NCBI GenBank assembly: GCA_034530615.2
Contig: JAVRCV020000006.1
Location: 123,125 to 187,124 of the forward strand
DNA from: Aulosira sp. ZfuVER01
GTDB lineage: Bacteria; Cyanobacteriota; Cyanobacteriia; Cyanobacteriales; Nostocaceae
DNA length: 64,000 bases
Reading direction: 5' to 3'
Every line of letters starts with the position of its first letter. Position 1 is the first letter of the stretch. The notes below the pieces were generated by a model, which was given only the letters and a program-made list of their open reading frames with translations, had not been told where the DNA came from and did not search any database. The translations under genes were made by a program, and so were the position numbers. Shown here one piece after another: positions 1-11,447 of the stretch.

Positions 1-311
1 CTTTTTACCTTCGCCGCTTGTTCATGTGTAATTCCTACATCACTAGCGGCGAAGTCCACAGTACCATCGATGAGTTGTTGTACTCCTACACTGCTTCCTA
101 GAGATTGATAGTTAATTTCTACATTGGGATTTCGTTGGTTGTAATCTGCAATCCAGCGCTGGTATAAAGGTGCAGGAAAACTTGCTCCAGCACCAATCAG
201 AGAAACAGTCTTGATGGTTGTAGAATCAGCAGCACAGGAAGCAATACTCAACGAGACAGCGATTAGAGGTAGAAAGTAAGGCAATCGCTTAAATTTAAGT
301 TGAGTAGTCAT
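1..311 (-). CDS. pstS: Phosphate ABC transporter substrate-binding lipoprotein (5' part; runs off the window edge)
   Basis: Hand translation from ATG at 311: MTTQLKFKRLPYFLPLIAVSLSIASC (lipobox) ... LIGAGASFPAPLYQRW ... INYQSLGS ... TVDFAASD. Not in the ORF track because it is truncated. Confidence 0.9.
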   Translation of the reverse strand, partial: MTTQLKFKRLPYFLPLIAVSLSIASCAADSTTIKTVSLIGAGASFPAPLYQRWIADYNQRNPNVEINYQSLGSSVGVQQLIDGTVDFAASDVGITHEQAAKVK

Positions 312-455
312 ACCAATCTTGAGTTCCAATGTTTAATTAATAGCCCTGGCAATTCTCCAGGCTGTATCTGTACTGATGAAAAAGGAAATTTTATTCAAGA
401 AATTTGTTAGCTATATATTGTGACGATAATTTTACTCAAAAGCAATCTATAAATT

Positions 456-1865
456 TCATAAATTAGATGCTAGAGAGCCTGTAGGTTTAGTATCATTGCC
501 ATCTTCTAAGGGATTACTCAACTTATCTAAAATTTCCAAAACTTGCTGTTCAAAAGCAACTTGGGCGCGATTAGTTTTACCACCAACAAAAAGGCGATCG
601 CCTTTTTGCAATGCCCAAATTTGTGAGTGAGAAAAGTAACTCATCACCACACCCAACATTAATAAAGCAAATCCTGTGTACACAATTGGTATACCGGGAT
701 CGGCTTTAATTTGTAAGCCAGTGCTGCCAATTAATTCGACAATTTTTAGCCTTACCCCATTAACTTGAGTAGCCATTCCCGCACGCACAGTATCAATCAA
801 CTTACCCGTGGCATCGTAAATTAATACCATACCTTGTAAGTCTTTAGCTATTAAAGAAACGCCTTCACTTAAATCTGGTTTTGTGGGAATCCAAGTACCC
901 CAAATGCGCCCTTGTCCATTGGTGTCCAATGGTGCCATTGGCAATTGGAAAATGGGGCTGTTATTAAATTTAACGCGAACACCTGAAAGTCCCCAATCAG
1001 TTTGATAGAAAGTGACGCCATGATAACGCAGAGGTTGATTAACAAAAATCTTTTTGTGGTCAACTTCCTGTCCCTGATTATTTAAGACAGACATATCTGA
1101 ATAAAACTGGTCGATTCCACCACTAGGGGTATAGTCAATCCAAAATCGATTAACTCTTACAGACCAATCTTTAGGAACTTGAGATAAGGCTAAAGGCCCC
1201 GCATCGATAATATTTTTTACCTGAAATGTATCGCCGCTGGGAACCATTTCTTGAGCAACAAAACCAGTCATCGCTCCCCAAATTCCTCCTAAAAGAATTG
1301 TGACGATACCGATATGAACGATAATCGGGCCGATGCGTCCAACTATTCCTTTACGGGCGTAGAGAATATCGTTTTTTTCTTGAAAAATCTTATAACGCTG
1401 CTTTTTTAATATTTGAGTAAGCGTACTCAAGGAACCAGTATCTAGTTCTGCACTCAAAGCTAATTTTTGAAATTGTCGCGGTTCATCGTAATATTTCCAT
1501 CTTTGGGCAGCTTTTAAAGCTGGGAGTTGGCGAGTAAAAGTACAAGCAGTCAAACTAGTACCAAATAACACCAGCAAACTAAGAAACCACCAAGTCCGAT
1601 ATACATGATCTAATCCGACTACTTGAATCACCTTCCAACTCAGGAAGCCAAATAAGGCTGGATGTTCTGGGTAGTTAGCTTGATAAAATGCCGGTGACTG
1701 ACCTTGTTCGATGACAGTACCGCTAACGCTAAATAAGGCAATTAATAGTAAAAGTGCGATCGCTAACCGTAAATCTGTAAGTACAGGTAAAAACTCTCGT
1801 CGCAAGAAGCGCCCAAGTAATGACCACCAACTTGATTCTGTGGTCGTTGAATTTTCTGTTGTCAT
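456..1865 (-). CDS. ccsB: Cytochrome c biogenesis protein Ccs1/CcsB (ResB family)
   Basis: [37 protein letters not shown] motifs; next to ccdA. Confidence 0.93.
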   Translation of the reverse strand: MTTENSTTTESSWWSLLGRFLRREFLPVLTDLRLAIALLLLIALFSVSGTVIEQGQSPAFYQANYPEHPALFGFLSWKVIQVVGLDHVYRTWWFLSLLVLFGTSLTACTFTRQLPALKAAQRWKYYDEPRQFQKLALSAELDTGSLSTLTQILKKQRYKIFQEKNDILYARKGIVGRIGPIIVHIGIVTILLGGIWGAMTGFVAQEMVPSGDTFQVKNIIDAGPLALSQVPKDWSVRVNRFWIDYTPSGGIDQFYSDMSVLNNQGQEVDHKKIFVNQPLRYHGVTFYQTDWGLSGVRVKFNNSPIFQLPMAPLDTNGQGRIWGTWIPTKPDLSEGVSLIAKDLQGMVLIYDATGKLIDTVRAGMATQVNGVRLKIVELIGSTGLQIKADPGIPIVYTGFALLMLGVVMSYFSHSQIWALQKGDRLFVGGKTNRAQVAFEQQVLEILDKLSNPLEDGNDTKPTGSLASNL

Positions 1866-1868
1866 TGC

Positions 1869-2609
1869 TCAAAAACTTCCAAAGGGAATGCGCGAAATTA
1901 AGGAAAACACACCAAAGCCTACCAACAACACACCGCTAACTGGATTAATCCAACCAGACCAACGACGCAATTCCAACAGCTTTTTAATTGCAGCTGTAAA
2001 AGTACCTGCCAAAATTAATGGTGCTACATAGCCTACTGTGTAAGCAATTAGCAAAATAGCCCCTAAAATTAAGTCTTGGGTATTCGCCACCCAACCCAGC
2101 AAGCTAGCTAAAACTGGGGTACTACAAGGTGAAGCAACTAAGCCAAAAGTCAAGCCAATAGAGTAGGAACGCACTCCTGGCGGTAAATCTTGCGAAATCC
2201 AATTAGTTTCGCCCAAGGAAGGAAATTGTAGAGGTAATGCTTCCAGTAGGTTTAACCCCATGAGAATGGCGATAATGCTGACAATAATCGGTAAACCCAT
2301 TCCCACTTGACCGTAAACTTTGCCCACAAAAGCTGCTATTACTCCCAATCCTGCTAACGTGGTTGCTAATCCCAGCGCGAACCAAGTTGATTGGGCTGCT
2401 GCTTGCAGACGGCTTTTCGCTTCATAGCCACCGATATAGCCAATGGTAATTGGCAGCATAGAAAGCATACAGGGCGTCAGGCTCGTAAGTAGACCAGCCG
2501 CAAAAATAATGCCAATACTCACCACGCTGAGATGTCCCAATTGGTTAGAGACAAGGGTATTGGCAAATTGTTCTAGTTTGTACAGTTGGATTTGCAAAGT
2601 CTCAAGCAT
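1869..2609 (-). CDS. ccdA: Cytochrome c biogenesis protein CcdA
   Basis: SLTPCMLSMLP and ASPCSTP Cys motifs, multiple TM helices; start taken at MLETLQ. Confidence 0.93.
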   Translation of the reverse strand: MLETLQIQLYKLEQFANTLVSNQLGHLSVVSIGIIFAAGLLTSLTPCMLSMLPITIGYIGGYEAKSRLQAAAQSTWFALGLATTLAGLGVIAAFVGKVYGQVGMGLPIIVSIIAILMGLNLLEALPLQFPSLGETNWISQDLPPGVRSYSIGLTFGLVASPCSTPVLASLLGWVANTQDLILGAILLIAYTVGYVAPLILAGTFTAAIKKLLELRRWSGWINPVSGVLLVGFGVFSLISRIPFGSF

Positions 2610-2886
2610 GGGGCAGTATGACAAGGAAATGCTTACTATGCTTGAATTTTAGCTTAGTTTGGGACTTTGGGTGGGAGTCAGAGGCGAAGGCGATCGCTTC
2701 TTTGGGATGTATTCTACTCTGCCATAAAAATCTCTGTTGCTTATTTCTCAGTGCCTCTGTGGTTTAAAATTTTTGACCACGGAGAACCGAAGACACAAAG
2801 GTAAAAAGGTTTTCATCCGTCTTAACGTATCCGGCCTAATGAATACAAATGCAAAATATGAATAAAATCAGCATCTAAATATAAAT

Positions 2887-3630
2887 TCAAGCTGTGAGTA
2901 AACTTTGTTTAGTGTGTGTTGCCTGAACAAAAGCCTGAAAAATCCTTTGATGATTGGGGTCGTTAGCTGATAGTTCCGGATGCCATTGCACGCCAATAGC
3001 CCAAGGATGATGTTCGTGTTCCACGGCTTCAATTACCTGGTCTTCTAAAGCATGAGCAACCACGCGCCATCCAGGAGGCACTTTGTGTACTGCTTGATGA
3101 TGCCAAGAAACTACAGATATCAGAGAATTTTCTACACATTTAGCTAAACGACTTTCTACATTTATCTTGACCATGTGTTCGGCTGGTAAACGTCTCCCAG
3201 GTTCAGGATCTATACGATGTAATACTGATGTACCATACACTTCTGGGACATGGGGAATGAGAGTCCCGCCAGAAGCGACGATGAGAATTTGCAAACCCCG
3301 GCAAATACCTAACACAGGTAAATCATGCTCAAGGGCAAAGCTGGCTAGTTTTAGTTCAAAAGCATCGCGATCGCCATCTACAGAATAAATGCTAGGGTGG
3401 TCACAACCGTTGTACCAAACAGGATTAATATCTCCACCACCAGAGATAATCAAGCCATCTAGCGGTTCTACAAGCCTCGCAGGCTCGCTTTCTCCCGGTG
3501 GTAATAATATGGGAGTACCACCTGCCGCACGAACAGAATCTATGTAAGCACTGGGCAGAGAAAATGGTAATGTATCTTTACGGCCATAAGTTGTAATCCC
3601 AATCAAGGCATTTCGTGATTTTTTACTCAT
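2887..3630 (-). CDS. Gamma-glutamyl-gamma-aminobutyrate hydrolase family protein (peptidase C26, class I glutamine amidotransferase)
   Basis: GGGDINP, GICRG nucleophile, HHQAV, VQWHPE triad. Confidence 0.88.
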   Translation of the reverse strand: MSKKSRNALIGITTYGRKDTLPFSLPSAYIDSVRAAGGTPILLPPGESEPARLVEPLDGLIISGGGDINPVWYNGCDHPSIYSVDGDRDAFELKLASFALEHDLPVLGICRGLQILIVASGGTLIPHVPEVYGTSVLHRIDPEPGRRLPAEHMVKINVESRLAKCVENSLISVVSWHHQAVHKVPPGWRVVAHALEDQVIEAVEHEHHPWAIGVQWHPELSANDPNHQRIFQAFVQATHTKQSLLTA

Positions 3631-3997
3631 AGTTTTTCTTTGCTCCCAAGGTTTTTAAAGTTTGGATTTGTAATTGTGTGAGCTTAACCACATCTGTTAT
3701 ATCCATACCTTCATTGACTGTGGGAGATTTCCGTGGTTTTTTCAATTCTGCTGTTTCTCTATACCAATGCATAATTATGTAGTCTTAAATGCTATATCTT
3801 TTTAAAGTGTGCCCATCTGCACTAAAAGGCGATAGCTCCAATGGTTAAATCTAGAGCATGGTATAATAAAACACATTAATTCATTAACCATCAGTTATCT
3901 TACCCCTACCTATCAGCACAATTAATCAGGGGATCGCTTGCTGTATTGTTCACATTTTGTTACAAAAGTACAAAGAACTTCTAGAGACCAAAACCTC

Positions 3998-4792
3998 ATG
4001 TTCGGCGGACTTACTGGTTTAACAGATTCTAAAGGCACAGACTGGGGAGAGCGAATGCTCAACACAGTCGCTAGCCAAACGATTCGCCACCTGTTTACCC
4101 AAAGCGAGTCAGTAGAAGTCTTTGTGCGCTGCTATCCCTCCAGCAAACTGTTGCAAGGCAGCATTGATAGTTTCAAAATGAGTGGACGTGGCTTAGTCAT
4201 CCGTAGAGATTTTGCGGTAGAGGAGATGTCCTTTGAAACGGATGCAGTGGCTATTGATTTCAGCTCGGTTTTAGGTGGCAAATTAACTCTCAAACAACCC
4301 ACCCAAGCGATCGCCCAAGTAATATTATCAGAAGCTGGTATTAATCAGGCTTTTAATGCTGAACTGGTAAGAAAGCGTTTAGTTAACCTTTCTCTACCTG
4401 CTTTAACTGCTTTATCCGGTGGTAAACCAGTCTCTTTCCCAGAAATTCAGGTACAACTATTACCAGAAAGTCGCCTACGGATTTTGGCAAAGGCAGATTT
4501 AGATAATGGCGAACTTGTACCCCTGAGTATGGTTGTCAGCCTAGCTGTGGAACGGCGGCGACGGGTTTCTTTCCAAAACCCTCAAATTGAACTTGACTCT
4601 GTACCAGAAGCACAACGGGAAATCTCACGGACTTTGAGTTTAGCCTTGGTAGAAATTTTAGATAATATGGTCGATTTGGATCGCTTTGACCTAGATGGGG
4701 TAAAAATGCGACTCAACCGTTTAGAAACTGAAGGTCAAAAATTAATTTTCAGTGGATATGCTGAAATTGAGCGTATACCTAGTACTTCTTGA
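3998..4792 (+). CDS. DUF2993 / LmeA-like family protein
   Basis: SSKLLQGSIDSFKMSGRG pattern typical of cyanobacterial DUF2993; start taken at MFGG. Confidence 0.75.
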   Translation: MFGGLTGLTDSKGTDWGERMLNTVASQTIRHLFTQSESVEVFVRCYPSSKLLQGSIDSFKMSGRGLVIRRDFAVEEMSFETDAVAIDFSSVLGGKLTLKQPTQAIAQVILSEAGINQAFNAELVRKRLVNLSLPALTALSGGKPVSFPEIQVQLLPESRLRILAKADLDNGELVPLSMVVSLAVERRRRVSFQNPQIELDSVPEAQREISRTLSLALVEILDNMVDLDRFDLDGVKMRLNRLETEGQKLIFSGYAEIERIPSTS

Positions 4793-4942
4793 TATCGTAG
4801 ATTAACGTGTATAAATAGAGCGACTTCTTGCTTTGTTAGGCGCAAAAAACCCAAAGTTGTTCTTAGCGCCTAACCTCATATCGTTATTCATGCATATTAT
4901 TATTTATCTATTACAGCAGATGATAATAAAATACTTATCACT

Positions 4943-5197
4943 ATGTCTAACTCTGCTAATGTCGCGCAAGTTTTTAGCACATTAGCCAACCTAACAAAGG
5001 AACTTCAGCCATTTATAAGAACAGATGACTTAAGAATCGAGTTTGATATTAAAGGTAACGTTTATCTGATTGGGGATGACTTTCAGGAACAAATTCATGC
5101 CAATTTTTCTTTGTGGCGTGAAGTTAGGAACGAAACAAGAATCTTGATTGCAAAAAACCGTTCGCAGTATAAACCGCCTGAAAATATTAGCCTTTAA
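4943..5197 (+). CDS. Small hypothetical protein (84 aa)
   Basis: ATG-start ORF filling an intergenic gap with protein-like composition; no recognised motif. Confidence 0.5.
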   Translation: MSNSANVAQVFSTLANLTKELQPFIRTDDLRIEFDIKGNVYLIGDDFQEQIHANFSLWREVRNETRILIAKNRSQYKPPENISL

Positions 5198-5244
5198 CAG
5201 GAAAGACAAGTAGTTGCACCGTTATATTTACTTTAAAAAAATTA

Positions 5245-5274
5245 AAAGCTACCTAGAAAACTCTAGGCAGCTTT
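5245..5274. terminator. Hairpin between convergent genes, probable bidirectional terminator
   Basis: AAAGCTACCTAGA-aaac-TCTAGGCAGCTTT. Confidence 0.6.
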
Positions 5275-5310
5275 ATAATCACAAAGATTGTGAAATTCAA
5301 AAATATTTTT

Positions 5311-6702
5311 CTATCGACCAATACCTACATATTGGAACCCAGCCCGAACTAAGGTTTCAGGGTCGAGGAAGTTACGACCATCAATAATCACAGGGTGATT
5401 CATCAATGTTGCCATCTTCACGTAGTCTAGATGGCTAAACTGCTGCCATTCAGTGACCAGTACCAAAGCATCGCAGCCGTCGGCTAGTCTTTCAGCATCG
5501 GTTTCCACCAGCACACCGGAAAGACCATGACGTAGACCAGTTTGAGAAACAATTGGGTCGTAAGCTTTAACTTTGGCTCCGAGTCGGTTCAGCTGTTCAA
5601 TCAGGTTGAGTGCTGGAGCATCGCGTAAATCATCGGTATCTGGCTTAAAGGTCAGCCCAAGTAGACCTACAGTTTTACCTTTGAGAATTTTGAGTACTTG
5701 CTGAAGTTTTTCGAGAGCAATTAGCCGTTGGCGTTCGTTAACGCTGACAGCAGATTTCATTAGCTGGGCTTCATAGCCATAGTCATCAGCAGTATGAATT
5801 AAGGCTGCAACATCTTTGGGGAAGCAAGAACCACCCCAACCAATACCAGCTTGTAAGAATTTGTTACCGATGCGAGAGTCTAAACCAATGCCTTTCGCTA
5901 CTTGGGTGACATCAGCACCGACGCGATCGCAAATGTTAGCAACTTCGTTAATAAAACTAATTTTGGTTGCTAAAAAGGCATTAGCAGCATATTTAATCAT
6001 TTCGGCTGAACTGAGGTCTGTTACCAGCACTGGCACAGGCGCTAAAGATTTATCTTCAGCGTACTGACGTTCCACAATCGGAGTATACAGTTCTTTCATT
6101 AAAGCGATCGCTTTTTGGCTATTGCCTCCCAACACAATGCGATCGGGGTTAAAAGTGTCGTAGACTGCCGATCCTTCGCGCAAAAACTCTGGATTGCTAA
6201 CTACATCAAAATGAGATGCAATCTCCGGCAATTTATCCTCAGTTGCAACACCACCTGCGGGTACTAGTGTTTTTTGGCGTTCAGCGATGCCATCCAAAAC
6301 AATCATTCTTACCCAATCACCAGAGCCAATAGGCACGGTAGATTTATTGACGATTACTTTATAACCACCATTGAGATGGTTGCCGATGCCACGGGCCACA
6401 GCCTCAACATAACGTGTATCACTTTCACCAGTTGGTAAAGGTGGTGTTCCCACAGCAATGAAAAGAATTTCACCGTGGGCAACTCCAGCAGCCAGATCTG
6501 TAGTGAATTCGATTTTTCCTGCATGAATCGCAGTTTGCATAATTTCCGAGAGTCCCGGCTCGAAAATTGGCGACTGCCCAGACTTCATTAACTTGACTTT
6601 CTCTTCGTTATTATCAACACAAATAACATCGTGCCCGATATGAGCCAAGCAAGCGCCTGTAACTAAACCAACGTAACCAGTACCAATTACGCAAACACGC
6701 AT
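5311..6702 (-). CDS. ugd: UDP-glucose 6-dehydrogenase
   Basis: GTGYVG, NKSTVP, NPEFLREG, GGSCFPKD, FKPDTDD. Confidence 0.95.
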   Translation of the reverse strand: MRVCVIGTGYVGLVTGACLAHIGHDVICVDNNEEKVKLMKSGQSPIFEPGLSEIMQTAIHAGKIEFTTDLAAGVAHGEILFIAVGTPPLPTGESDTRYVEAVARGIGNHLNGGYKVIVNKSTVPIGSGDWVRMIVLDGIAERQKTLVPAGGVATEDKLPEIASHFDVVSNPEFLREGSAVYDTFNPDRIVLGGNSQKAIALMKELYTPIVERQYAEDKSLAPVPVLVTDLSSAEMIKYAANAFLATKISFINEVANICDRVGADVTQVAKGIGLDSRIGNKFLQAGIGWGGSCFPKDVAALIHTADDYGYEAQLMKSAVSVNERQRLIALEKLQQVLKILKGKTVGLLGLTFKPDTDDLRDAPALNLIEQLNRLGAKVKAYDPIVSQTGLRHGLSGVLVETDAERLADGCDALVLVTEWQQFSHLDYVKMATLMNHPVIIDGRNFLDPETLVRAGFQYVGIGR

Positions 6703-6834
6703 TCTCTTTAACTCCTCATTATTTTATTTCTTTTTGAGTTTGGAAGTTTTCAGCATAAACTTGCGTACAGGTAAAAAAACAACCTAGTATAGATCGCAGC
6801 CTGCACGAAAGTTCAGGGCGATGCTCGGCACCGA

Positions 6835-7785
6835 TCAGTGAACTAACTGCTTTGTATCAGTTTTGATCCGATTGCGAAAATCTTCTATTGTCAGTTTTAA
6901 CCCTTGTTGTAGCGGAACGGTAGGTTCCCAATTTAACAAGGTTCTGGCCTTGGTAATATCTGGACGGCGGCGACGTGGATCGTCAGAAGGTAGTGGCTCA
7001 AATTTAATCTTGGCGTCTGGGTTGATTTGGTTTTGCACTGCCTGTGCCAATTCTAAAATGGTGTATTCATCAGGATTTCCCAGATTCACTGGTCCAACAT
7101 AATCGCTATTCATTAGCCGGATAAAGCCTTCCACCAAGTCAGAGACGTAGCAGAAACTACGGGTTTGCGAACCATCACCATAGACTGTTAAAGGTTTACC
7201 TCGCAGGGCTTGAACTATTAAGTTGCTTACTACCCGACCATCGTTTTCTAACATCCGAGGTCCATAGGTATTGAAAATACGTACAACTCTAATATCAACG
7301 TTATTTTGTCTGTGGTAGTCAAAAGCTAAAGTCTCTGCAATGCGTTTGCCTTCGTCGTAGCATGAACGCACTCCAATTGGATTAACATTACCTCTATACT
7401 CTTCGGTTTGAGGATGAACTTCTGGATCGCCATACACTTCACTAGTAGAAGCCAAGAAAAATCTGGCTTTTACACGTTTAGCCAATCCCAACATATTTAG
7501 TGTCCCCATCACATTAGTTTTCACAGTTTTGACGGGATTGTACTGGTAATGCACTGGAGAAGCAGGACAAGCCAAATGATAAATTTGATCTACTTCTAAC
7601 CTAATGGGTTCGGTGATATCGTGGCGGATGAGTTCAAAGTATGGATGATTTATCCATTTAAGTATATTTTGCTTGTTACCTGTGTAGAAGTTATCTAAGC
7701 AAATGATTTCATGCCCATCACCGATTAAGCGTTCGATGAGATGGGAACCAATAAACCCGGCACCACCCGTCACTAGAATTCTCAT
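6835..7785 (-). CDS. UDP-glucuronate decarboxylase (UDP-xylose synthase), SDR family
   Basis: [33 protein letters not shown]. Confidence 0.92.
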   Translation of the reverse strand: MRILVTGGAGFIGSHLIERLIGDGHEIICLDNFYTGNKQNILKWINHPYFELIRHDITEPIRLEVDQIYHLACPASPVHYQYNPVKTVKTNVMGTLNMLGLAKRVKARFFLASTSEVYGDPEVHPQTEEYRGNVNPIGVRSCYDEGKRIAETLAFDYHRQNNVDIRVVRIFNTYGPRMLENDGRVVSNLIVQALRGKPLTVYGDGSQTRSFCYVSDLVEGFIRLMNSDYVGPVNLGNPDEYTILELAQAVQNQINPDAKIKFEPLPSDDPRRRRPDITKARTLLNWEPTVPLQQGLKLTIEDFRNRIKTDTKQLVH

Positions 7786-8155
7786 AGTTATCCAGTTAAT
7801 TACAAATATTTTCAGTAGTTCTTCTGTGTATTTTTTAACTACCCAATTGAGGTAAAAAATACTCCAGAAGAATATGGTTAGCTAAACAGATGTTGTTAGA
7901 TTTACCAAATTTCCGAACGGTATAATTTTGTTACACCATGTTTCAATTTTTGAACAATTCCATTAGCAAAATAACAAACATCGTCTGAAGATTGTAGCTT
8001 CAGATTACAGAATTCATCAAATCTTCAACAATATTAAGTATTTTTAGAATTAAATCTGTCAAATTTTATGGCCCAGAAAAAAGCTGATTTGGCAATATCT
8101 CTTAAGATAGGTAAGGGTATGGGTAAATCAATCAACTCTAATTTTTTAAGTAACT

Positions 8156-10291
8156 TTACGTAGTAGAGGTAGTACTCGGAACTCCTATGGGTAGAATTAC
8201 TGTTTGCGTGCGCTGCGGTTCCCCAAGCATAACGATAGAGCAATTAAGTTGACTAGCTAACTGAGTTGTCACATCACTAATAGCTAAACCACCAGGACTG
8301 GTACGATTGCGTATAAAAGGTAACACAACTAAATCATATAATCTTGCTGCCTGTAAAATGGCTTGAGCCACATTCTCATGGGCGATAATTTGAATTTCTG
8401 GGGGATTGGGCAAAGCCAATTTAGACACTAGTAAAGCAAGATGCGATCGCCTAGCAGCAATTTTGCTAGAACTGGTACGTCGCTCGCACACATTCAGTAC
8501 AGTCACTTGGGCTTGATTGGAGTCTGCCAACATTTGGGCAAAATGCACAGGCTGTAAGGTTGGTGCCATTAAGTTTTCTATTGGAACTAAGATCCGTTGA
8601 ATTTTTTTCGGAGAGTCTACTAAACGAGTCACTGCTACAGGACAGTGGGATGCCCAAAGAACATTATCGATGACGTTACCAAATAAACGCGCTCTTAACC
8701 CAGTGCGTTTACCCCAACCCATAACAATCAAACTAGCCTTTTGTTCGCGAGCTGCTCTGCTAATTCCTTGAGCAAAGGCATCATCAATGCGTAGCAGAGG
8801 TTCTGCTGTGACACCTAAGACCCGGCTTTGTGCTGTAGCTTTTGCTAGTAGACGTTCACTCCGCTGCAAAGAAGTTTCTAACTGTGGTGCATCCATGTGA
8901 GCAGCAGCAGTAGCGATCGCCAAAGGTACAATTCTGCCCTTGGCTTGGCGTGCTAACAATGTCGCCAACTCAATTAGATACTGCTGAGTTTGGGGATTGT
9001 AGATGGGTACAACAATGGTAAAAGCAGTGTCGGTCTCTTCTATTTTCTGCTCAGGTTGGGTTTTTGGTGCTGGGTCTGTAGCACTTGATGAAGCTAACCC
9101 GACCGCTACCCGACTGGTAACTAATGGCCCTAGGGTTGATGTCACAAGCATCACAGCAACAACGCTATTTAAGACTTCCGATGACAATAATCCAATGCGA
9201 TACCCTACTAACGTTGCTGCTAGTGTTGTCCCTACTTGAGGAAGCGATAGCGACCACATTGTTAGCATTTCCTGCCAGTTGTAGCGGTATAACAGTTTTG
9301 CTAACAATGCTGCAATCAATTTGCTGGCAATCAAACCAAATACAAACAGCAGGGTCAATTGGAGATTGGTAATGCTTTTGGTAAAGGTAGGTAAATCGAT
9401 CAGCAAACCAAGATTAATAAAGAAAATGGGAATGAATAGCACACTACCAACAAACACCACCTTTTCTTTAACCGGCCCTTCGCCCAAAACTTCATTGACT
9501 GCCAAACCTGCTAAAAAGGCTCCAATAATTTTTTCTACCCCAATCAATTGAGCACCTACAGCAGCGAGAAACACTGTCAGCAGCACAAATAAAAACTGGT
9601 TGCCCTCTTCACCTCCCGATCGCCGGAAAAATTCTTTACCTACCCAATCAAAGCCGACTAAGACAACAACAGAGTAAATAGTTAACCAACCCAACAAAGT
9701 AAGTAGCTTTGCTAAGGTGAATCCTCCGGCATTAGTGGAAGCCGCACACAGGGCTAAGATCAAGAGAGCGCCAATATCAGTAAAAGCCTTGGCTCCAATG
9801 GTGATGGTAACAGCTTCATTTTTCAGAACTCCCAGGCGATTAATAATTGGATATGCTAAGAGAGTATGGGAAGCGAACAATGAGCCAATAAATATTGATG
9901 TTACCCAGTCAAAGCCGAATATCCGCCCTAACAAGCTTCCTATGACTAGGGGAATACTAAAGCTCAAGCTGCCAAACCCTAAAGAGCGATTTTTCTGACG
10001 ATAGAACTGCTCTAAGTCAACTTCTAATCCTGCTACAAACATTAAGTAGACTAGCCCAATATCTGCTAGCAGGTTCATAATCTCTGATTCTGTTTGGAAT
10101 AAATTCCAGCCTGACGGACCAAGTACTACCCCAGAGAAGACCAAACCTACTAATCCTGGCAGTCTGAGCCGCTCAAACAGAATCGGCACCACGAGGATAA
10201 CTACCAGCAAAATAGCAAAGGGAACAATTGGTTCTTTGCCTAAGATTTGGGAGGTTTGTTCCAGTGCAAGAACTTGTAAGATGAGTTCCAT
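8156..10291 (-). CDS. CPA2 cation:proton antiporter with C-terminal USP-like domains
   Basis: About 12 TM helices with LMFVAGLE, GAFLAG, FIPIFF; C-terminal LIVMGW...LFGNVIDNVL...CPV USP motif. Confidence 0.88.
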   Translation of the reverse strand: MELILQVLALEQTSQILGKEPIVPFAILLVVILVVPILFERLRLPGLVGLVFSGVVLGPSGWNLFQTESEIMNLLADIGLVYLMFVAGLEVDLEQFYRQKNRSLGFGSLSFSIPLVIGSLLGRIFGFDWVTSIFIGSLFASHTLLAYPIINRLGVLKNEAVTITIGAKAFTDIGALLILALCAASTNAGGFTLAKLLTLLGWLTIYSVVVLVGFDWVGKEFFRRSGGEEGNQFLFVLLTVFLAAVGAQLIGVEKIIGAFLAGLAVNEVLGEGPVKEKVVFVGSVLFIPIFFINLGLLIDLPTFTKSITNLQLTLLFVFGLIASKLIAALLAKLLYRYNWQEMLTMWSLSLPQVGTTLAATLVGYRIGLLSSEVLNSVVAVMLVTSTLGPLVTSRVAVGLASSSATDPAPKTQPEQKIEETDTAFTIVVPIYNPQTQQYLIELATLLARQAKGRIVPLAIATAAAHMDAPQLETSLQRSERLLAKATAQSRVLGVTAEPLLRIDDAFAQGISRAAREQKASLIVMGWGKRTGLRARLFGNVIDNVLWASHCPVAVTRLVDSPKKIQRILVPIENLMAPTLQPVHFAQMLADSNQAQVTVLNVCERRTSSSKIAARRSHLALLVSKLALPNPPEIQIIAHENVAQAILQAARLYDLVVLPFIRNRTSPGGLAISDVTTQLASQLNCSIVMLGEPQRTQTVILPIGVPSTTSTT

Positions 10292-10432
10292 AGGTAGAAC
10301 TTGAAAGGGCAATAATAAAGCTGCGATTACTGTGAAAGCAATCGCCCGATCAATATAACTGCAAAAACCACCTTGAGTAAAACTTAAAAAAAACTTAACT
10401 TACCACTACTTAGACAATCGTCTAAAAACTAC

Positions 10433-11089
10433 CTATGGGTGAACCTGACTCAAAATAAACCGCAAGCGATCGTAGTCATCTTTCAGCAGCAAGCTGAGGG
10501 TACGTCCGGCTTTGATGAGCCATTTGCGATCGGCTTTTCGTAACTGATAAACCTCTCGAATAGCCGCCGCAGTCAAAGACTCTATCGGCGCGCCTTTGAT
10601 AGAAAGTAGCGTCTGCAAAAAATCCAGATCTTCAGTAAATTTAACAATTGTTTCTGGTTCACAGCGATAAACGGCTTGATGAATTTGCGGGGGACGGGGT
10701 GGTAAATATTGATATACCCGTTGGCTAAAACTTTGGGTATGAGAAGGCTGTTCAAACCCCACGATCGCAGCGCGAAACTCGGTTTTGAGCATGGCAAATA
10801 TTTGGGGTTGTTCCTCTCGCAAGTCTTGCAAAGACAACCCTAAGGCCACCGCACGGTGTACAGAATCTATCGGCATTGTTGTGGCGTAATACACCACTGC
10901 ATAAATTTGGTTGCCCGATTCTTCATCGATAGAACAAACCCAGCTACCAAAGGGAGGCATAGGGGGAAAACTTAAGTCTTCCGGTTCTAAACACTGTGCC
11001 AGGAATTCCGTAGTAGTGGTTTCGATCACCTCAGCAATATGGTTAGGATGGCGATCGCTAGTGGCAAACTGTGGTAGAGGAAGGCGCAT
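10433..11089 (-). CDS. HAS-barrel domain protein
   Basis: PPFGSWV, YQYLPPRPPQIH, LLKDDY pattern of the cyanobacterial family; start taken at MRLPLP. Confidence 0.7.
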   Translation of the reverse strand: MRLPLPQFATSDRHPNHIAEVIETTTTEFLAQCLEPEDLSFPPMPPFGSWVCSIDEESGNQIYAVVYYATTMPIDSVHRAVALGLSLQDLREEQPQIFAMLKTEFRAAIVGFEQPSHTQSFSQRVYQYLPPRPPQIHQAVYRCEPETIVKFTEDLDFLQTLLSIKGAPIESLTAAAIREVYQLRKADRKWLIKAGRTLSLLLKDDYDRLRFILSQVHP

Positions 11090-11105
11090 AGTAGTCTTGT
11101 GTGAT

Positions 11106-11156
11106 TGGTCATTAGTCATTAGTCATTTGACAAAGGACAAATGACTAATGACTAGT
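11106..11156. repeat. Inverted 7-mer STRR array (TCATTAG / CTAATGA type)
   Basis: ggtcattagtcattagtcatttg...caaatgactaatgactag. Confidence 0.8.
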
Positions 11157-11158
11157 AA

Positions 11159-11353
11159 TTATTTGCCTTTTTTCTTGCCTGTGGTCTCTACAGTTTCCAA
11201 TTCGCTCAAGCGAAAGGTAACTAATTTATCCCAGTTACCACCCTCAAACAATACCGCTACCTTGCCATCACTTACCCGTTGTACGAGTCCTTCATAGCGA
11301 TAATAGGTATCTGCGGGATTTTTAACCCGAACAGTTGCTCCAGGCAGGATCAT
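11159..11353 (-). CDS. ndhS: NDH-1 subunit S
   Basis: [37 protein letters not shown]. Confidence 0.95.
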   Translation of the reverse strand: MILPGATVRVKNPADTYYRYEGLVQRVSDGKVAVLFEGGNWDKLVTFRLSELETVETTGKKKGK

Positions 11354-11447
11354 GATTTTATCCTCGCTTATTTCCTGTTATATAGCTTAATACTTCTCAG
11401 GAGTCCAAAGTCAAAAGTCTACAGTTTAGAGACTCTTGACTCTTGAC

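Noticed and set aside
9950..9958. GGGAATACT SigJ-like box
   Set aside because: Lies antisense inside the antiporter CDS with no downstream gene; likely chance
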